Positions 22,274 to 33,060 of a DNA stretch of 64,000 bases are shown piece by piece. Within the stretch, counting starts at the first letter, position 1, and every line of letters begins with the position of its first letter. Below the pieces are notes generated by a model that was not told the origin of the DNA, searched no databases, and worked only from the letters and a program-made list of their open reading frames with translations. The DNA is from Chlamydiales bacterium (GTDB taxonomy: Bacteria > Chlamydiota > Chlamydiia > Chlamydiales > JAAZZY01): the NCBI GenBank assembly GCA_965206695.1, contig CBDBKM010000013.1, forward strand, positions 128,001 to 192,000. Direction: 5' to 3'. The translations under genes and the position numbers were made by a program.

Positions 22274-22498
22274 TCTAGAAGATCTTTTGCCATGTTCTTT
22301 TCTCAAAATTGAAAAAAAATTATAACATCTATAGAAAAATTTTTATACTAACTAAATAGAGCTTTTCTTAAAATTTTATAATTCCATTATATTTCATACA
22401 GTTGATTTATGTGATTAACTATTTTCACTATAACCGGAAACTTAATATTATATTAATGATATTAATACATAATTCTTATTAAACTAATAATAAACAAA

Positions 22499-24343
22499 AT
22501 GATAATAAACAAAATGACAATACAGCAACTCGATAAAGAGCTTCAAACAGCAATTAAAAATCAAGATCATTCGGAAATTCAAAAGATTTTTGATGAAAAT
22601 CCGAACTTTAATCCAACCTCTGTACATCCGGATTTCACTATAATTAAAGACCACACAGACTATAAGAATGGTATGAAAGTTATTTTAGAAAAGTATCCGA
22701 TAGATTTAACAACTGATCAATTTGATAAGTATGAACAAGTATTAGATACTGATGACTTACAGAAGGTTTTAGATTCAAATTGTAAGAACCGTCTTAAAAT
22801 ATTTTTAAAAAACTATAAGGGACTTATTAATGACGAACACGTGTTAAAAATAATTCTAAAAATGGATACTGAGCTTATTATGTTAATGATTAAATCAGAT
22901 CCGACTATTAGACAAAGATTAAGCTCATCGATTGATTTAACTGAGTTATTAAATAAACCAAACCATAATAACTTAACTCCTCTTCAGAGATTAGCCAAGT
23001 TAGGTAAAATAAAAATAATTAAAGCTCTTTATCCAAAAAGATCAAATACACCGGATAAAGCATTCCTTAAAAGACTTCAAGATTCTTGTTTTATTGACGG
23101 AGAAGAAGTTGCTATTCAAGCATTATCTGAAAAAGATGCTTTTAAACGCCCATATCAAGTGGCTCAAGTTGGCTGTGATACTAAAGTAAAACTTCAGGAC
23201 GGTAGAATAGTTACTTTTAGAGGAGTCGAGGCAGAAGACGCGCATAAAATAATCGAACGTACAAATACTAACCTTTTCTCTGAACCTTATAATATTTGCT
23301 CTCCGGTAGATGAAAAAATTCATACTTTAAGAATTCATATGGGGGGTGGACATTACTTTCTTACATTTAAAACCCCATTACTCGGATATGATGTAACAGA
23401 AGGATTGTATCCGGGCAGCGACAACAAACAAAAAGAGCAAATCGAAGAACCACATGATTACTCTTTAAAATTTAAAAGCAGTGAGCGGATTAGGATTAGT
23501 ACACAGTCAATTCAAAAAGGAAATCAAATAGAAAAAATGACTCTCTCTTCCGGTAAAATGGGAATATATTCACAATCTTCTTCTCAGTCGATTCTTAGTT
23601 CAGGATCATCAACTGTTTTAGGCTCATCGTCAAAACTTCAAATAAAAACATCAGGAATAGCCACCGACTTAGCTGAGAAGATGCCCTGGAAGATGCTCTT
23701 CATCAGACAGAAAGGAATCATTCAAGATGAAAAGACCTCTATCCACGATTGTGAGGTTAGTGCAGAATGCCCTGCGATTACTTTTCATCTGGATAGCACG
23801 CAAATGCAACAAGCTCTTACGTATGCAACAAGAATTAAACAGGCTTGTTTGGATGGCGATATAGATGAATGCGGCTATTCGGGAGTATTTAGAAATTGTA
23901 TTGATTTCGTCTCTGAAATTGCTGAAGAGGCCGGTATTGAAAACCCACTACCTTGTTGGGTAGATGGCAATGAAGTAAGTAATACAAGAATTGCTCATTT
24001 CTGGGAAAGATTCTCTAGAATGGGAATAGTTAATTTAGTTTCTCAAGATTTTTTAGGACGTAATATTTTAGGAAAGACAACTATAAAGGTTGATGATTTG
24101 GTCAATCAGCTACTATCCAACAATCAACCTCCTTCCTTATCGGATATGGCTCTTGCTTCTGCAGCACTTCCTTTTTCCCCGTCAATTAATCATAGTAATT
24201 TAGCCTTACGAATAAATCATTGTCCTGATGGAGCCGGTAATTCAAATAATGCAAATATAATGGTAGGCTTAGCAATATGCCCTATGATTCTTTTACTAAC
24301 AGTGCTCTTTGCCTTTATTTATAAAAAATTGCGTTTTGCATAG
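22499..24343 (+). CDS. 614-aa protein: ankyrin-like repeat, permuted papain-like (PPPDE-like) motifs, C-terminal TM anchor
   Basis: NNLTPLQRLAKLGKIKIIKAL; GHYFL ... YSGVFRNCIDFV; C-terminal hydrophobic helix plus KKLR. Confidence 0.6.
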   Translation: MIINKMTIQQLDKELQTAIKNQDHSEIQKIFDENPNFNPTSVHPDFTIIKDHTDYKNGMKVILEKYPIDLTTDQFDKYEQVLDTDDLQKVLDSNCKNRLKIFLKNYKGLINDEHVLKIILKMDTELIMLMIKSDPTIRQRLSSSIDLTELLNKPNHNNLTPLQRLAKLGKIKIIKALYPKRSNTPDKAFLKRLQDSCFIDGEEVAIQALSEKDAFKRPYQVAQVGCDTKVKLQDGRIVTFRGVEAEDAHKIIERTNTNLFSEPYNICSPVDEKIHTLRIHMGGGHYFLTFKTPLLGYDVTEGLYPGSDNKQKEQIEEPHDYSLKFKSSERIRISTQSIQKGNQIEKMTLSSGKMGIYSQSSSQSILSSGSSTVLGSSSKLQIKTSGIATDLAEKMPWKMLFIRQKGIIQDEKTSIHDCEVSAECPAITFHLDSTQMQQALTYATRIKQACLDGDIDECGYSGVFRNCIDFVSEIAEEAGIENPLPCWVDGNEVSNTRIAHFWERFSRMGIVNLVSQDFLGRNILGKTTIKVDDLVNQLLSNNQPPSLSDMALASAALPFSPSINHSNLALRINHCPDGAGNSNNANIMVGLAICPMILLLTVLFAFIYKKLRFA

Positions 24344-24484
24344 AATGAAGGAACATCTGATTAATACGGTTTTTTTAGAGAGATGAGTTTTAGAAAAGAA
24401 GGATTAAGTACTTAACAAGATTTTCTTGGTCAAATATTGGGTTTTCACTGAATTTAAAATTTATTTAGAAGAAAAGAATATCAC

Positions 24485-24687
24485 AGCTTTAATGCAAGTA
24501 AAAAGGACTATTTTTATGGATATAAGGCTTCATTAATTACCTGTGAATATGGGACGCCGGTTTTTTTTAATTTGGCTCCTGCATCTCAACATGATTTAAG
24601 GATGTTGAAAAATAGCGCCCTTGCAACGCTACCTAAGAATTCACAAATAATAGGTGATGCCGCTTATTTAAGTTGCTCGTATAACCT
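24485..24687 (+). mobile_element. IS982 transposase fragment
   Basis: FNASKKDYFYGYKASLITCEYG..LAPASQHD..GDAAYLS, homologous to 46402-47142. Confidence 0.8.
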
Positions 24688-25464
24688 CTACAAACCAGTG
24701 TAAGATGGATTAAGTACTTCGGATATTAGGTGATTTATTTTCTCTACATTAATATGCATTTTAGATTTTTTTTGAGATAAAAGGTCGAGTCCTCTATATT
24801 TTTTCCAAATTTTATCTATCATATTTTCTCTATAGTTAAGAGATTCTGTTCGACAAAAGATCTCAAATCTTGCTAATTTTTGTATTTTTTTACTTGGTTT
24901 ACCATACCTCAATTTTAAAAGAGTAGATTGCGGACGATTCGTGCAAACTATAGAAGCCGCACGACCTGTAGGCATTTTCTTATATTTAATAAAGTAAGCA
25001 GCCACAGCCATTGCAGACCGCCCCTGCCCTGCCTTACAATGGACAAAAACATCATTACCTTTATCAAGCTCTGCTTTTATATAATCAGCAGCTTTATCTA
25101 ATTGCTTTAAATCTAAAGCTTTATGATCCCTAACTGATATATTTTTATATGTTTGCATGCTGACGGGTATGTTTAACCCTTCCTTTTTCCAATACCCATT
25201 ATTAGCTACAGACGTATGAAGTACTGAAAGAATACTGATCTGATTTGAATGAATGTTAGCTGTTAAGGTCGCGAATTTATCCGGACACTGCCCTAAATAA
25301 ATGGAGCCTTTATAAATGGAGCCTTTTTTGGTATCTTCTAATTTCTCAAAGGAAATACGGTTACTAAAAACTTTATTACCTCGGAAATATTTAAATAAAG
25401 AAGAATATCTTATGAGCATTCCTATATTATGTTCAAAATTTTCTAAACTATTTTTTATAAACAT
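24688..25464 (-). CDS. Dual-specificity / PTPMT1-like phosphatase
   Basis: VFVHCKAGQGRSA CX5R signature; upstream VRDH acid loop. Confidence 0.88.
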   Translation of the reverse strand: MFIKNSLENFEHNIGMLIRYSSLFKYFRGNKVFSNRISFEKLEDTKKGSIYKGSIYLGQCPDKFATLTANIHSNQISILSVLHTSVANNGYWKKEGLNIPVSMQTYKNISVRDHKALDLKQLDKAADYIKAELDKGNDVFVHCKAGQGRSAMAVAAYFIKYKKMPTGRAASIVCTNRPQSTLLKLRYGKPSKKIQKLARFEIFCRTESLNYRENMIDKIWKKYRGLDLLSQKKSKMHINVEKINHLISEVLNPSYTGL

Positions 25465-25688
25465 ATAATCACAACCAATATAATAATATAAATATCCAAA
25501 TCTAATTATACAATTAAATATAATTAATCTGTAGTAATAAAATAGAAATGTCCGCTTTTATAAATTTATAATAGGAGATTTTTAATAAATGGAAGTTCTA
25601 TAACAGTAAACAGATTTCTTTAACGATTAAACGTCAAGGAGTTCTAAAAAGAGGAAGAATTATTTAAAAAGGAAATAGATCGTTACTA

Positions 25689-26610
25689 TAGTGAATTAAA
25701 TTTTATTTTTTATTTTATTCATGTAGAATATCCGGATGACATATTCACTTGATTTAAGAAAACAAGCTGTAAAATATATTAAAAATGTGGGAATACGCAA
25801 AGAGGCAAGTGTCATTTTTTCAGTTATGACTCACACTTTATTGAACAGGCTTTCTTGAGAAAGACTGCAGATCTTAGCACCTAACAACAGGCGTCCTAGC
25901 CCAAGTAAAATTGATCATCATAAACTTAAGCAATATCTTCAAAAATATCCGGATGCCTATCTTAAAGAAATTGCTCAAGAATCGGGTGTTACGATACCGG
26001 ATATTTTTTATGCCTGTAAACGTTTGAAACTAACCTTAAAAAAAAGATCCCGTTCTACAAAGAAAGAGATGAAAAAAAACGACAAGAGTTTCAAGAAACA
26101 CTAAAAAATATTCCCATGAAAAATCGTGTTTATGTAGATGAGAGCGGGATGAATAAATATTTAAGAAGAGCATATGTTCGATGTCAGGCAGGGAACCGGG
26201 TATATGGAACCGTTTCGGGAATGCGATATGCACGTGAAAGTTTTATCGCAGCAAAGAATCAATCCCGAATCTTAGCTCCTTTTTGCTATACGGGAACATG
26301 TGATACTAAGTTATTTAATCTATGAGTGAAAGATTTTCTTATTCCGGAACTTAAACCCGGTCAAGTTGTTATTATGGATAATACAACTTTTCATAAATCT
26401 AAATATTCGCAACAACTTATAGAACAAGCAGGTTGTCACATTCTATTTCTTCCTCCCTATTCACCGAATTTAAACCCAATAGAAATTTTTTGGGCTAATT
26501 TTAAAAAACAGGTTCAAAAAAATATGGAACAATTCACACATTTAGCCCAAGCAATTGATTTTTCTTTTCTAACTAATGGGTATTTATGAAAAATAAAATT
26601 TAAAACACTA
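25689..26610 (+). mobile_element. IS630 family C, full-length but with nonsense codons
   Basis: TIR TAGTGAATTAAATTTTATT / AATAAAATTTAAAACACTA, TA flanks; YVDESG, IMDN, LPPYSPNLNPIE. Confidence 0.9.
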
Positions 26611-26612
26611 TA

Positions 26613-27210
26613 TGTACTCAAAGAACTGATTAATAGGCATATACCACAAAAACAAGACTCTAGGCCGGTAAATATTAATGAACGGCAAATTTGTAATCTT
26701 TTTTATAAAGTTAAAAAACAAGGTGCTAAAGGTTTAATCTCGCTTCATAGAGATAAACCAAGTAACCGTCAGATTCCTTACTTTTTGAAAAAGAAAGCAT
26801 TAAGTTTAGTAAGAGATAAATATTCCGGTTTTGATCCAACATTAGTTAAAGAGAAAGTAGAAAAAGAGCATCATTTGAAATTATCTATTGAAACACTCAG
26901 ATTGTGGATGATTGAGAGCTTTATTTGGATTCCAAAAAAACAACAAGAGAAAAAAACATACCTACCAAGGCAAAGAAGAGAATCTTTTGGTGAGCTTATC
27001 TAAGCAGATAGATCTCATCCATAGATGGTTTGGAGAAAATCATCCTATGGTTAATCTAAGCGTTTGTATCGATGATGTCTTTCAGTGAACTTTAATACAT
27101 CCTCATGAATATGGACGTCCAAGAGCACTTTATACTGATAAAGCCTTCATATTTCAATCTCATACGCCCGGAGGCAGTACTCAAATGCAGAGAGCTTTAC
27201 AAGAATTAGA
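26613..27210 (+). mobile_element. Degenerate ISNCY (IS1202/IS481-like) transposase
   Basis: KYSGF.PTL..EK, LSIETLRLWM, RQRRESFGELI*AD. Confidence 0.7.
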
Positions 27211-27800
27211 TAGACTCATTCACATTGGAAGCCGGACAGGATTGAGTTCCGGCACTTGAAATGTATGATAGGTTAATCGTTTTCTTAACCTCTTTTTGGA
27301 TCCACCCACATACAGTTTAGGATTGATAATCAGGATGTGCTACATTAAAAAAAATAGATCTTTTCATTATTTTAAAAACCTGCTTTTAATGCTTCCTATT
27401 CTTTAATTGATGCTTTAGCCAAGATGTCATCCCTTCTGTGCTATAGGAAATGTTATAGTGTTCTAAGACAGACGCACATACATCCGCAACCTTTCTATTA
27501 AGTGTATTAAGAAAGATGTTTCACTCGTTCTTTCGTTTGCAGTTTGGACCCTTTATCGCCTGATCCTCCTTTGGTATCATGCCAAGTTTTTTCTTCTGAT
27601 TGAAATTCCCTTAAATACTCATAAACACTCGACCGGCTTAAGCGCAGAACATGAGCAATGTGATCAGGCCCGGACCGTCATCTCGTGCAAGAAGCACATA
27701 CAAACGATTACATTCATTTATATCACGGGTCTTTTTTACCTGACATTCAAAAGCGCTTCTTTGATGTGGAGTTAATTGGTTCATACAACATTCGTATCAT
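27211..27800 (-). mobile_element. IS630 family D relic with internal deletions
   Basis: Right end TAGACTCATTCACATTGG at 27211; N-terminus MNQLTPHQRSAFE starting at 27784. Confidence 0.7.
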
Positions 27801-27814
27801 ATTTATACTTTTTT

Positions 27815-27920
27815 ATGTAGCTTATCAGTAGCGAAGAGTATTTATCCAAAATCAAAAAAAACAAATAGACGCTTTCATCCCAATGCTAAAGCAAAGGGTT
27901 TTCTTGCTTAATTGTCATAA
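27815..27920 (-). mobile_element. IS200/IS605 left end with a trace of the tnpA C-terminus
   Basis: + strand codes ..IQNQKK; hairpin ATCCCAATGCTAAAGCAAAGGGT; conserved terminal GTCATAA. Confidence 0.6.
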
Positions 27921-28056
27921 ACTTTTCGGATCAATAAGAAAAGTTATGCTTCCCGATAGCTAATACATCAATGGCTTGGTTATTAATAAATGCGCTAAAG
28001 CTCTACCAACCCTGTACCGGCACCTGCTATAACAGCAAGCATTGTATTCCTGTTCG

Positions 28057-29220
28057 CTAAGGAAGTAAAAAAGCTTGAACTTGCACTCTTAAAACATCCG
28101 AATAATTTAAAGGCAAATTCACAATTTTTTCACCTGACAATAAGAGTTTATGACAAATATTGAGCCTACCCGCCTCAATAAGCTTTTTCGACTCTAAGAA
28201 TTTAATCATCTGTTTATCAGTGCCTTTTTCTTCTTCCATAATTCGATTGGTAGCGTCTAGCAAGATATGATAATGACGAATATTACGAGTAATAACTGCC
28301 TTGTTTATATTTCTATCAACTTTGACATGCAAAAGATTTTTATTATCCGTCTCCTCATCATAAACATTCCAGACTAAAGGTTTTTTCAAAATCATTTTAG
28401 TTTTTGAAAAATACTCTTTATCTAAGCTGTTATTCTTAACAAATTCATAGGAAGATTTATTAGCATCGTTTACCGGCTCGCTTTCAAAAATAGAACTGAA
28501 TTCCTCAGCAATCTTCACTTCATTTCGAACAGACTGTTCTAGCTGCATGCCAATACAAACCGCTTCCGGAATATGGTGCTCATTCCAATCCTTTGAATGC
28601 AAAACTTCATCTTTTGGGAGATCTTTCTTTAGCGCATCGAAGGAATAGAAATCTTTAGCTAATTTATAATACCGATTAATATTACTCTTTTCTGCTGCAT
28701 TCATCACCTCTGCTAAGGTATGCCATAAAAACTGATCGTCTTTACTGAGCTTTTCCCAATGTTTTTTTCTTCGCCTTTTAGCTTCAATAAATAATAACTG
28801 TCCTTTGGTATTATCACGATTAAGAACATTCTTATTTTTTGAACCTTGAATCAAATGATAATACGATTTAGCAACTCCCATAGATTTGACTTCCCGGCGA
28901 AATTCGGGTGTTTCTTGAAAAAACACCTTTATCTTCAATGTTACATCTTGCAATTTATTATTTTGTTTATTGGAAATCCGGGCAAAATTCCATTCATCTA
29001 ACAATCTGAAGAAGGCATTTTTAATCCGATCGATATAACTTTCTTGCTTAGCGCATTTTTCACGATTCCAAGATTTAAAGATGCGGGGAAAAAAACCTAA
29101 AAGTTCCCTGCGATACAAGAGTTTGGCTGCATGCACCAGATCAATCTTATACATCCCTTTCGCGGGATTATAATGTAGGTGGTCACATATGATTTTTTTC
29201 TCTAGAATACGATAGCTCAT
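28057..29220 (-). CDS. Hypothetical protein (387 aa)
   Basis: Long open ORF; no recognised motif. Confidence 0.7.
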   Translation of the reverse strand: MSYRILEKKIICDHLHYNPAKGMYKIDLVHAAKLLYRRELLGFFPRIFKSWNREKCAKQESYIDRIKNAFFRLLDEWNFARISNKQNNKLQDVTLKIKVFFQETPEFRREVKSMGVAKSYYHLIQGSKNKNVLNRDNTKGQLLFIEAKRRRKKHWEKLSKDDQFLWHTLAEVMNAAEKSNINRYYKLAKDFYSFDALKKDLPKDEVLHSKDWNEHHIPEAVCIGMQLEQSVRNEVKIAEEFSSIFESEPVNDANKSSYEFVKNNSLDKEYFSKTKMILKKPLVWNVYDEETDNKNLLHVKVDRNINKAVITRNIRHYHILLDATNRIMEEEKGTDKQMIKFLESKKLIEAGRLNICHKLLLSGEKIVNLPLNYSDVLRVQVQAFLLP

Positions 29221-29671
29221 TAATGTTTTATTGAAATGTTAAAATTATACCGGATACTATATTAAGATACTTGTTGAGTCAAATTCAATTTCTTAAAAAG
29301 ACAACCTTCTTTTTCACTTCATTTAGGCACGACATATATCTTAAAAAGATTATATCATCCTATCTTATGAAAAATTAGACGGTTAGTTCTTTATTTTAGA
29401 ACTTTTGTAGCATACGGATAATATATCCGGCAAAGAATATTAAGGCGATGATTTTCACTTTGCTTTATGTCGATATGGAAGAGCATACCGTATAAGCATT
29501 TTCCGGCATTATATTTATCCTTTATGGTATATTTTCTCTCTTCTCTTCTATTTACCCCCCCCAATATTCTCCAAATTTAAATGCAATAGATAAGGCTTTG
29601 GAAAATGATGAGGGAAATGGTTACTTAATAATACATGTTACGATACATTTACTGATTTTAAATGAGAGGTA

Positions 29672-30606
29672 TAGTATTTTAATTTTTATTTGATAATATG
29701 TTATCCTTCTTTTTTTATACAAACAGTAAGGACAAAACAATGCCTAGAGCCTATTCAGTAGATCTTCGAGAGAAAGTATTACAACATATAGAAAAACATC
29801 ATGATAAAAAAACAGCCGGCCATATTTTTCAAGTAGGTATCGCAACAATATATCGATGGATCTTGCAAAAAAAGCAAAAAGGACATTTAAAGCCAATCCG
29901 CAGAAAATATGCTTATAAGAAATTAGATGATGAGTTGTTATCTAAATATGTAGAAAAACATCCGGATTATTTTTTATCGGAAATTGCTGATTATTTTTCA
30001 GTCACTCCGCAAACGATTTTTTATGCCCTTAAAAGATTAAAAATTACACGAAAAAAAAAACTACTCGCTATAAGGAAAGAGATGAAAAGAAACGGGAAGC
30101 TTTTATGAAAGATTTAAAAAATATTCCCTTTGACAAGAGAATTTATCTCGATGAAACCGGGATTCATCAATTTTTATTTCGTGAGTCCGGAAGAAGCTTA
30201 CGCGGCAAAAAAGTTTTTGGAGCGGTTTCAGGAAACCGCTTTATAAGGCAAAATATTATTTCAGCCCTATCTAAAGGGCAGTTTTTATCTCCAATGTGTT
30301 TTGAAGGTACTTGTAATACCGGGTTATTCAATATTTGGCTTAAGGAAGTTTTGACTCCTCAGCTTACACCCGGTAGTGTTCTTATTCTTGACAATGCCGG
30401 TTTTCACAAGTCAGCGGAAAGCAGGAAAACAGTAGAATCTGCCGGTTGTAAGCTTATGTTTCTTCCTCCCTATTCTCCGGACTTAAATCCTATAGAAAAA
30501 TATTGGGCTAATATGAAAAATAAAGTTAGAGAGATATTACGAAAAGTTACGAATTTTAAATTCGCCATTGATCAAGCAATCTTATCAATATAAAATTAAA
30601 TGACTA
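29672..30606 (+). mobile_element. IS630 family A, copy 4, nested in an IS630-D relic (~29530-30724)
   Basis: Near-identical to the other copies; joined flanks match the uninterrupted relic at 22067-22273. Confidence 0.95.
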
Positions 30607-30727
30607 TAAGGGGTTTTTAAAGACAAAATCCCGATTTTAAAAGACACGCTTAAGACACGAATGAATGATATATTTCAAGTACCGGAACTCAATCCTGTCC
30701 GGCTTCCAATGTGAATGAGTATATACC

Positions 30728-30834
30728 GAAAGGCAGTCGGTAATTTAAATCTTTGGAGATCGTGTTAGACTAACACTTGTTAGCAAGGGTCCTTGAATGA
30801 GGAATCCCTTCTCTTTAGGGTTGGGAGCTGTCAA
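30728..30834 (+). ncRNA. IS200/IS605 right end / TnpB reRNA scaffold remnant
   Basis: TTTGGAGATCGTGTTAGAC..TTGAATGAGGAATCCCTTCTCTTTAGGGTTGGGAGCTGTCAA: subterminal hairpin and TCAA end. Confidence 0.65.
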
Positions 30835-30886
30835 TATAACTCACTTGTTAGATACTTCAAGCAATAATTTACCGGGATGATTTCTG

Positions 30887-31681
30887 ATGATCGAATATTT
30901 TATTCTATATCTGATATTAGGCGCCTTTACAGGTATTATGGCAGGCACACTAGGTGTTGGAGGCGGTGTGATTGTTGTCCCCCTTCTTAATTGGATTCTC
31001 TTGCATCAACATTTCCCTGAATCAGCGACCATGCATTTATCCATTGGAACTTCTTTATCTGTTATGATTTTCACCTCTGCAACAGCTCTTACTGCTCATC
31101 ATAAAAAAAAAGCTGTACGTTGGGATATTTTGTTGCAAGTATTACCCGGTCTTGTCATGGGCTCAGTTATGGGTATCATTATATCAAAATATCTATCGGG
31201 TACATCGCTAAAGTTTATCCTTGCCTTTGTTGAAATTGCATTAGGAGTAAAAATGCTGATCAATCGATCTATCATTTTCAGCACAAACATTATTTCTAAG
31301 CTCTTTTATATGTTAGCCGGCTTTATTATCGCAACCATATCGGCCCTTTTAGGTATTGGAGGAGGGCTCATGAGCGTTCCATTCTTAACTATGTGTAATA
31401 AATCCATGTATGAAGCTATCGGCACCTCCATTGGCTTTGCCTTGGTGATTGGTATTGTTGGTACCATCGGTTTCATAATTTCCGGGTGGGGCTTTAGATG
31501 TGTCGATCACAACTGGTGTTGGGGTTATATATTTCTGCCCGCCACAATAGGCATTATGATCACCGGTGTATCTTTTGCGCCTATAGGTGCCCAAATTGCT
31601 CATTCTCTTCCTGTTAGTCGCCTAAAAAGAATCTTTGGTATTGTCCTGGTTCTTTTTGGCATACTTATGTTTTGTGAGTAA
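30887..31681 (+). CDS. TauE/SafE (TSUP) family sulfite exporter
   Basis: GTLGVGGG..VP, AIGTS, LLGIGGG; about 8 TM segments. Confidence 0.9.
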   Translation: MIEYFILYLILGAFTGIMAGTLGVGGGVIVVPLLNWILLHQHFPESATMHLSIGTSLSVMIFTSATALTAHHKKKAVRWDILLQVLPGLVMGSVMGIIISKYLSGTSLKFILAFVEIALGVKMLINRSIIFSTNIISKLFYMLAGFIIATISALLGIGGGLMSVPFLTMCNKSMYEAIGTSIGFALVIGIVGTIGFIISGWGFRCVDHNWCWGYIFLPATIGIMITGVSFAPIGAQIAHSLPVSRLKRIFGIVLVLFGILMFCE

Positions 31682-31693
31682 TGATTATTACAC

Positions 31694-31800
31694 TAGACTT
31701 GTTGCGATTTATATTTTTAGTGGTTTCGGATAAGTTTTTTCAAAACAATACAGGAGCGAGCAGAAGATTAAAGGACTTTTAAAACGAGCTAAATTGATAC
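31694..31800 (+). repeat. MITE (TAGACTTGTTGCG family), partial
   Basis: Matches 13147-13252. Confidence 0.8.
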
Positions 31801-31829
31801 TAAAAAAAAGTAAAAAAACACCGGAGACG

Positions 31830-32245
31830 GTTTAGTCAATCTAAAAGCAAAAATAATCATAAAAGAAGGGTTAAAGTTTCAACGATACATTCAAAAATCA
31901 GAAACATAAGACACGATTTCCATCATAAGCTTTCTACTCAGTTGATACGTAAAAACCAAACGATCATAATTGAAGGGTTGTGTATAAAAAGCATGTTAAA
32001 AGATAGAAAATATGCCAAATATATATGCGACGAAGGATGGAGCCGGTTTTTAACTTTTTTAAAATATAAAAGCGAGTGGTATGGGAGAAATATAGTAGAA
32101 TTAGACCACTATTTTCCCGGTACACAAAAGTGTTCCGCATGCAGTCATAAACAAGGGAAAATATCCCCCGACATAAGAACTTGGGAGTGCTCAAATGGTA
32201 AAATTAAGCATGACAGAAATTTTAATGCATCATATAATATATATA
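31830..32245 (+). pseudogene. tnpB: TnpB (IS200/IS605) C-terminal fragment
   Basis: IIIEGL, W..F..FL.YK.EWYG, YFPGTQKCSAC, RTWECSNG, HDRNFNA; RuvC-I region missing. Confidence 0.85.
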
Positions 32246-32330
32246 CCGACTGCCCCACGATAGATCTAAAAGATAGGAATAATATACAAGATATGAGAAT
32301 TAACACGAATACGGAACAACACTTTAATCG

Positions 32331-32384
32331 AGACGCTCTCATCCCAATGCTAAAGAAAAGGATTTTCTTGCTTAATTGTCATAA
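32331..32384 (-). mobile_element. IS200/IS605 left end remnant
   Basis: Matches 27867-27920 and 49610-49663. Confidence 0.65.
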
Positions 32385-32413
32385 AAAACTCCTATCTAAT
32401 AGAAAAAGAGCTG

Positions 32414-33052
32414 CTAAAACAAATCGGGATCATATCCTAAATCTTCCCAATACGTATCTCCATAATTATATAAAAGTTGCTCGCCGGCTAATATTTTTCT
32501 GCGAGAGACAAACATAACCATAGGACCTTGATAACTTAAAAATTCAATAGGTTTTAAATTAGCTTGTTTAGATGCGTGGTTAATAAAGCGAGCGAAACTA
32601 CCATAGATACGAGCATCAATTACCCAATTTTCTAAAATTGCTTCATCAGGAAAGCTAAAAAGATATCCATTAACATCCTCTAATAACTCATCCTCATCAT
32701 CTAAGTACCTAAGTATTCCGGCATACTGCCCTATAACAGAATTTTTAGGGATATTCACTTTGGCAAAAACACCATAGCCAACATGATCGCTTACCTTTTC
32801 AATAAATATTCGTTCGGAGTAATAGTCATCATGCCCTTTTCGTTTAAGTCTTTTGAGATAGGGAATAAACTGTTTGTCCTCTCCGGTATTTTTAAGTTCT
32901 TCTTCGATAAATTTAAACCACATTTTAAAAAAGGGTTCCATAGAGTCAGGGTCTATTTGTACGTCCGGTATATAAAAAGCTTCATTTGGAAACGAAATAT
33001 CGAATTTTTCAGAAAAGCTGATCGCATCATTTTCTTCCATACTTTCTCCCAC
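32414..33052 (-). CDS. SET-domain protein-lysine methyltransferase (NUE-like)
   Basis: GYGVFA, GQYAG, FARFINH, GEQLLYNYG..YW. Confidence 0.92.
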   Translation of the reverse strand: MGESMEENDAISFSEKFDISFPNEAFYIPDVQIDPDSMEPFFKMWFKFIEEELKNTGEDKQFIPYLKRLKRKGHDDYYSERIFIEKVSDHVGYGVFAKVNIPKNSVIGQYAGILRYLDDEDELLEDVNGYLFSFPDEAILENWVIDARIYGSFARFINHASKQANLKPIEFLSYQGPMVMFVSRRKILAGEQLLYNYGDTYWEDLGYDPDLF

Positions 33053-33060
33053 ATAATACT

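Noticed and set aside
31830..32517. Domesticated nuclease-dead TnpB (TldR-like) regulator
   Set aside because: N-terminal half is missing or frameshifted, a Zn-finger Cys is lost, and the ORF tail runs through an IS end into the SET gene antisense; ordinary decay is simpler
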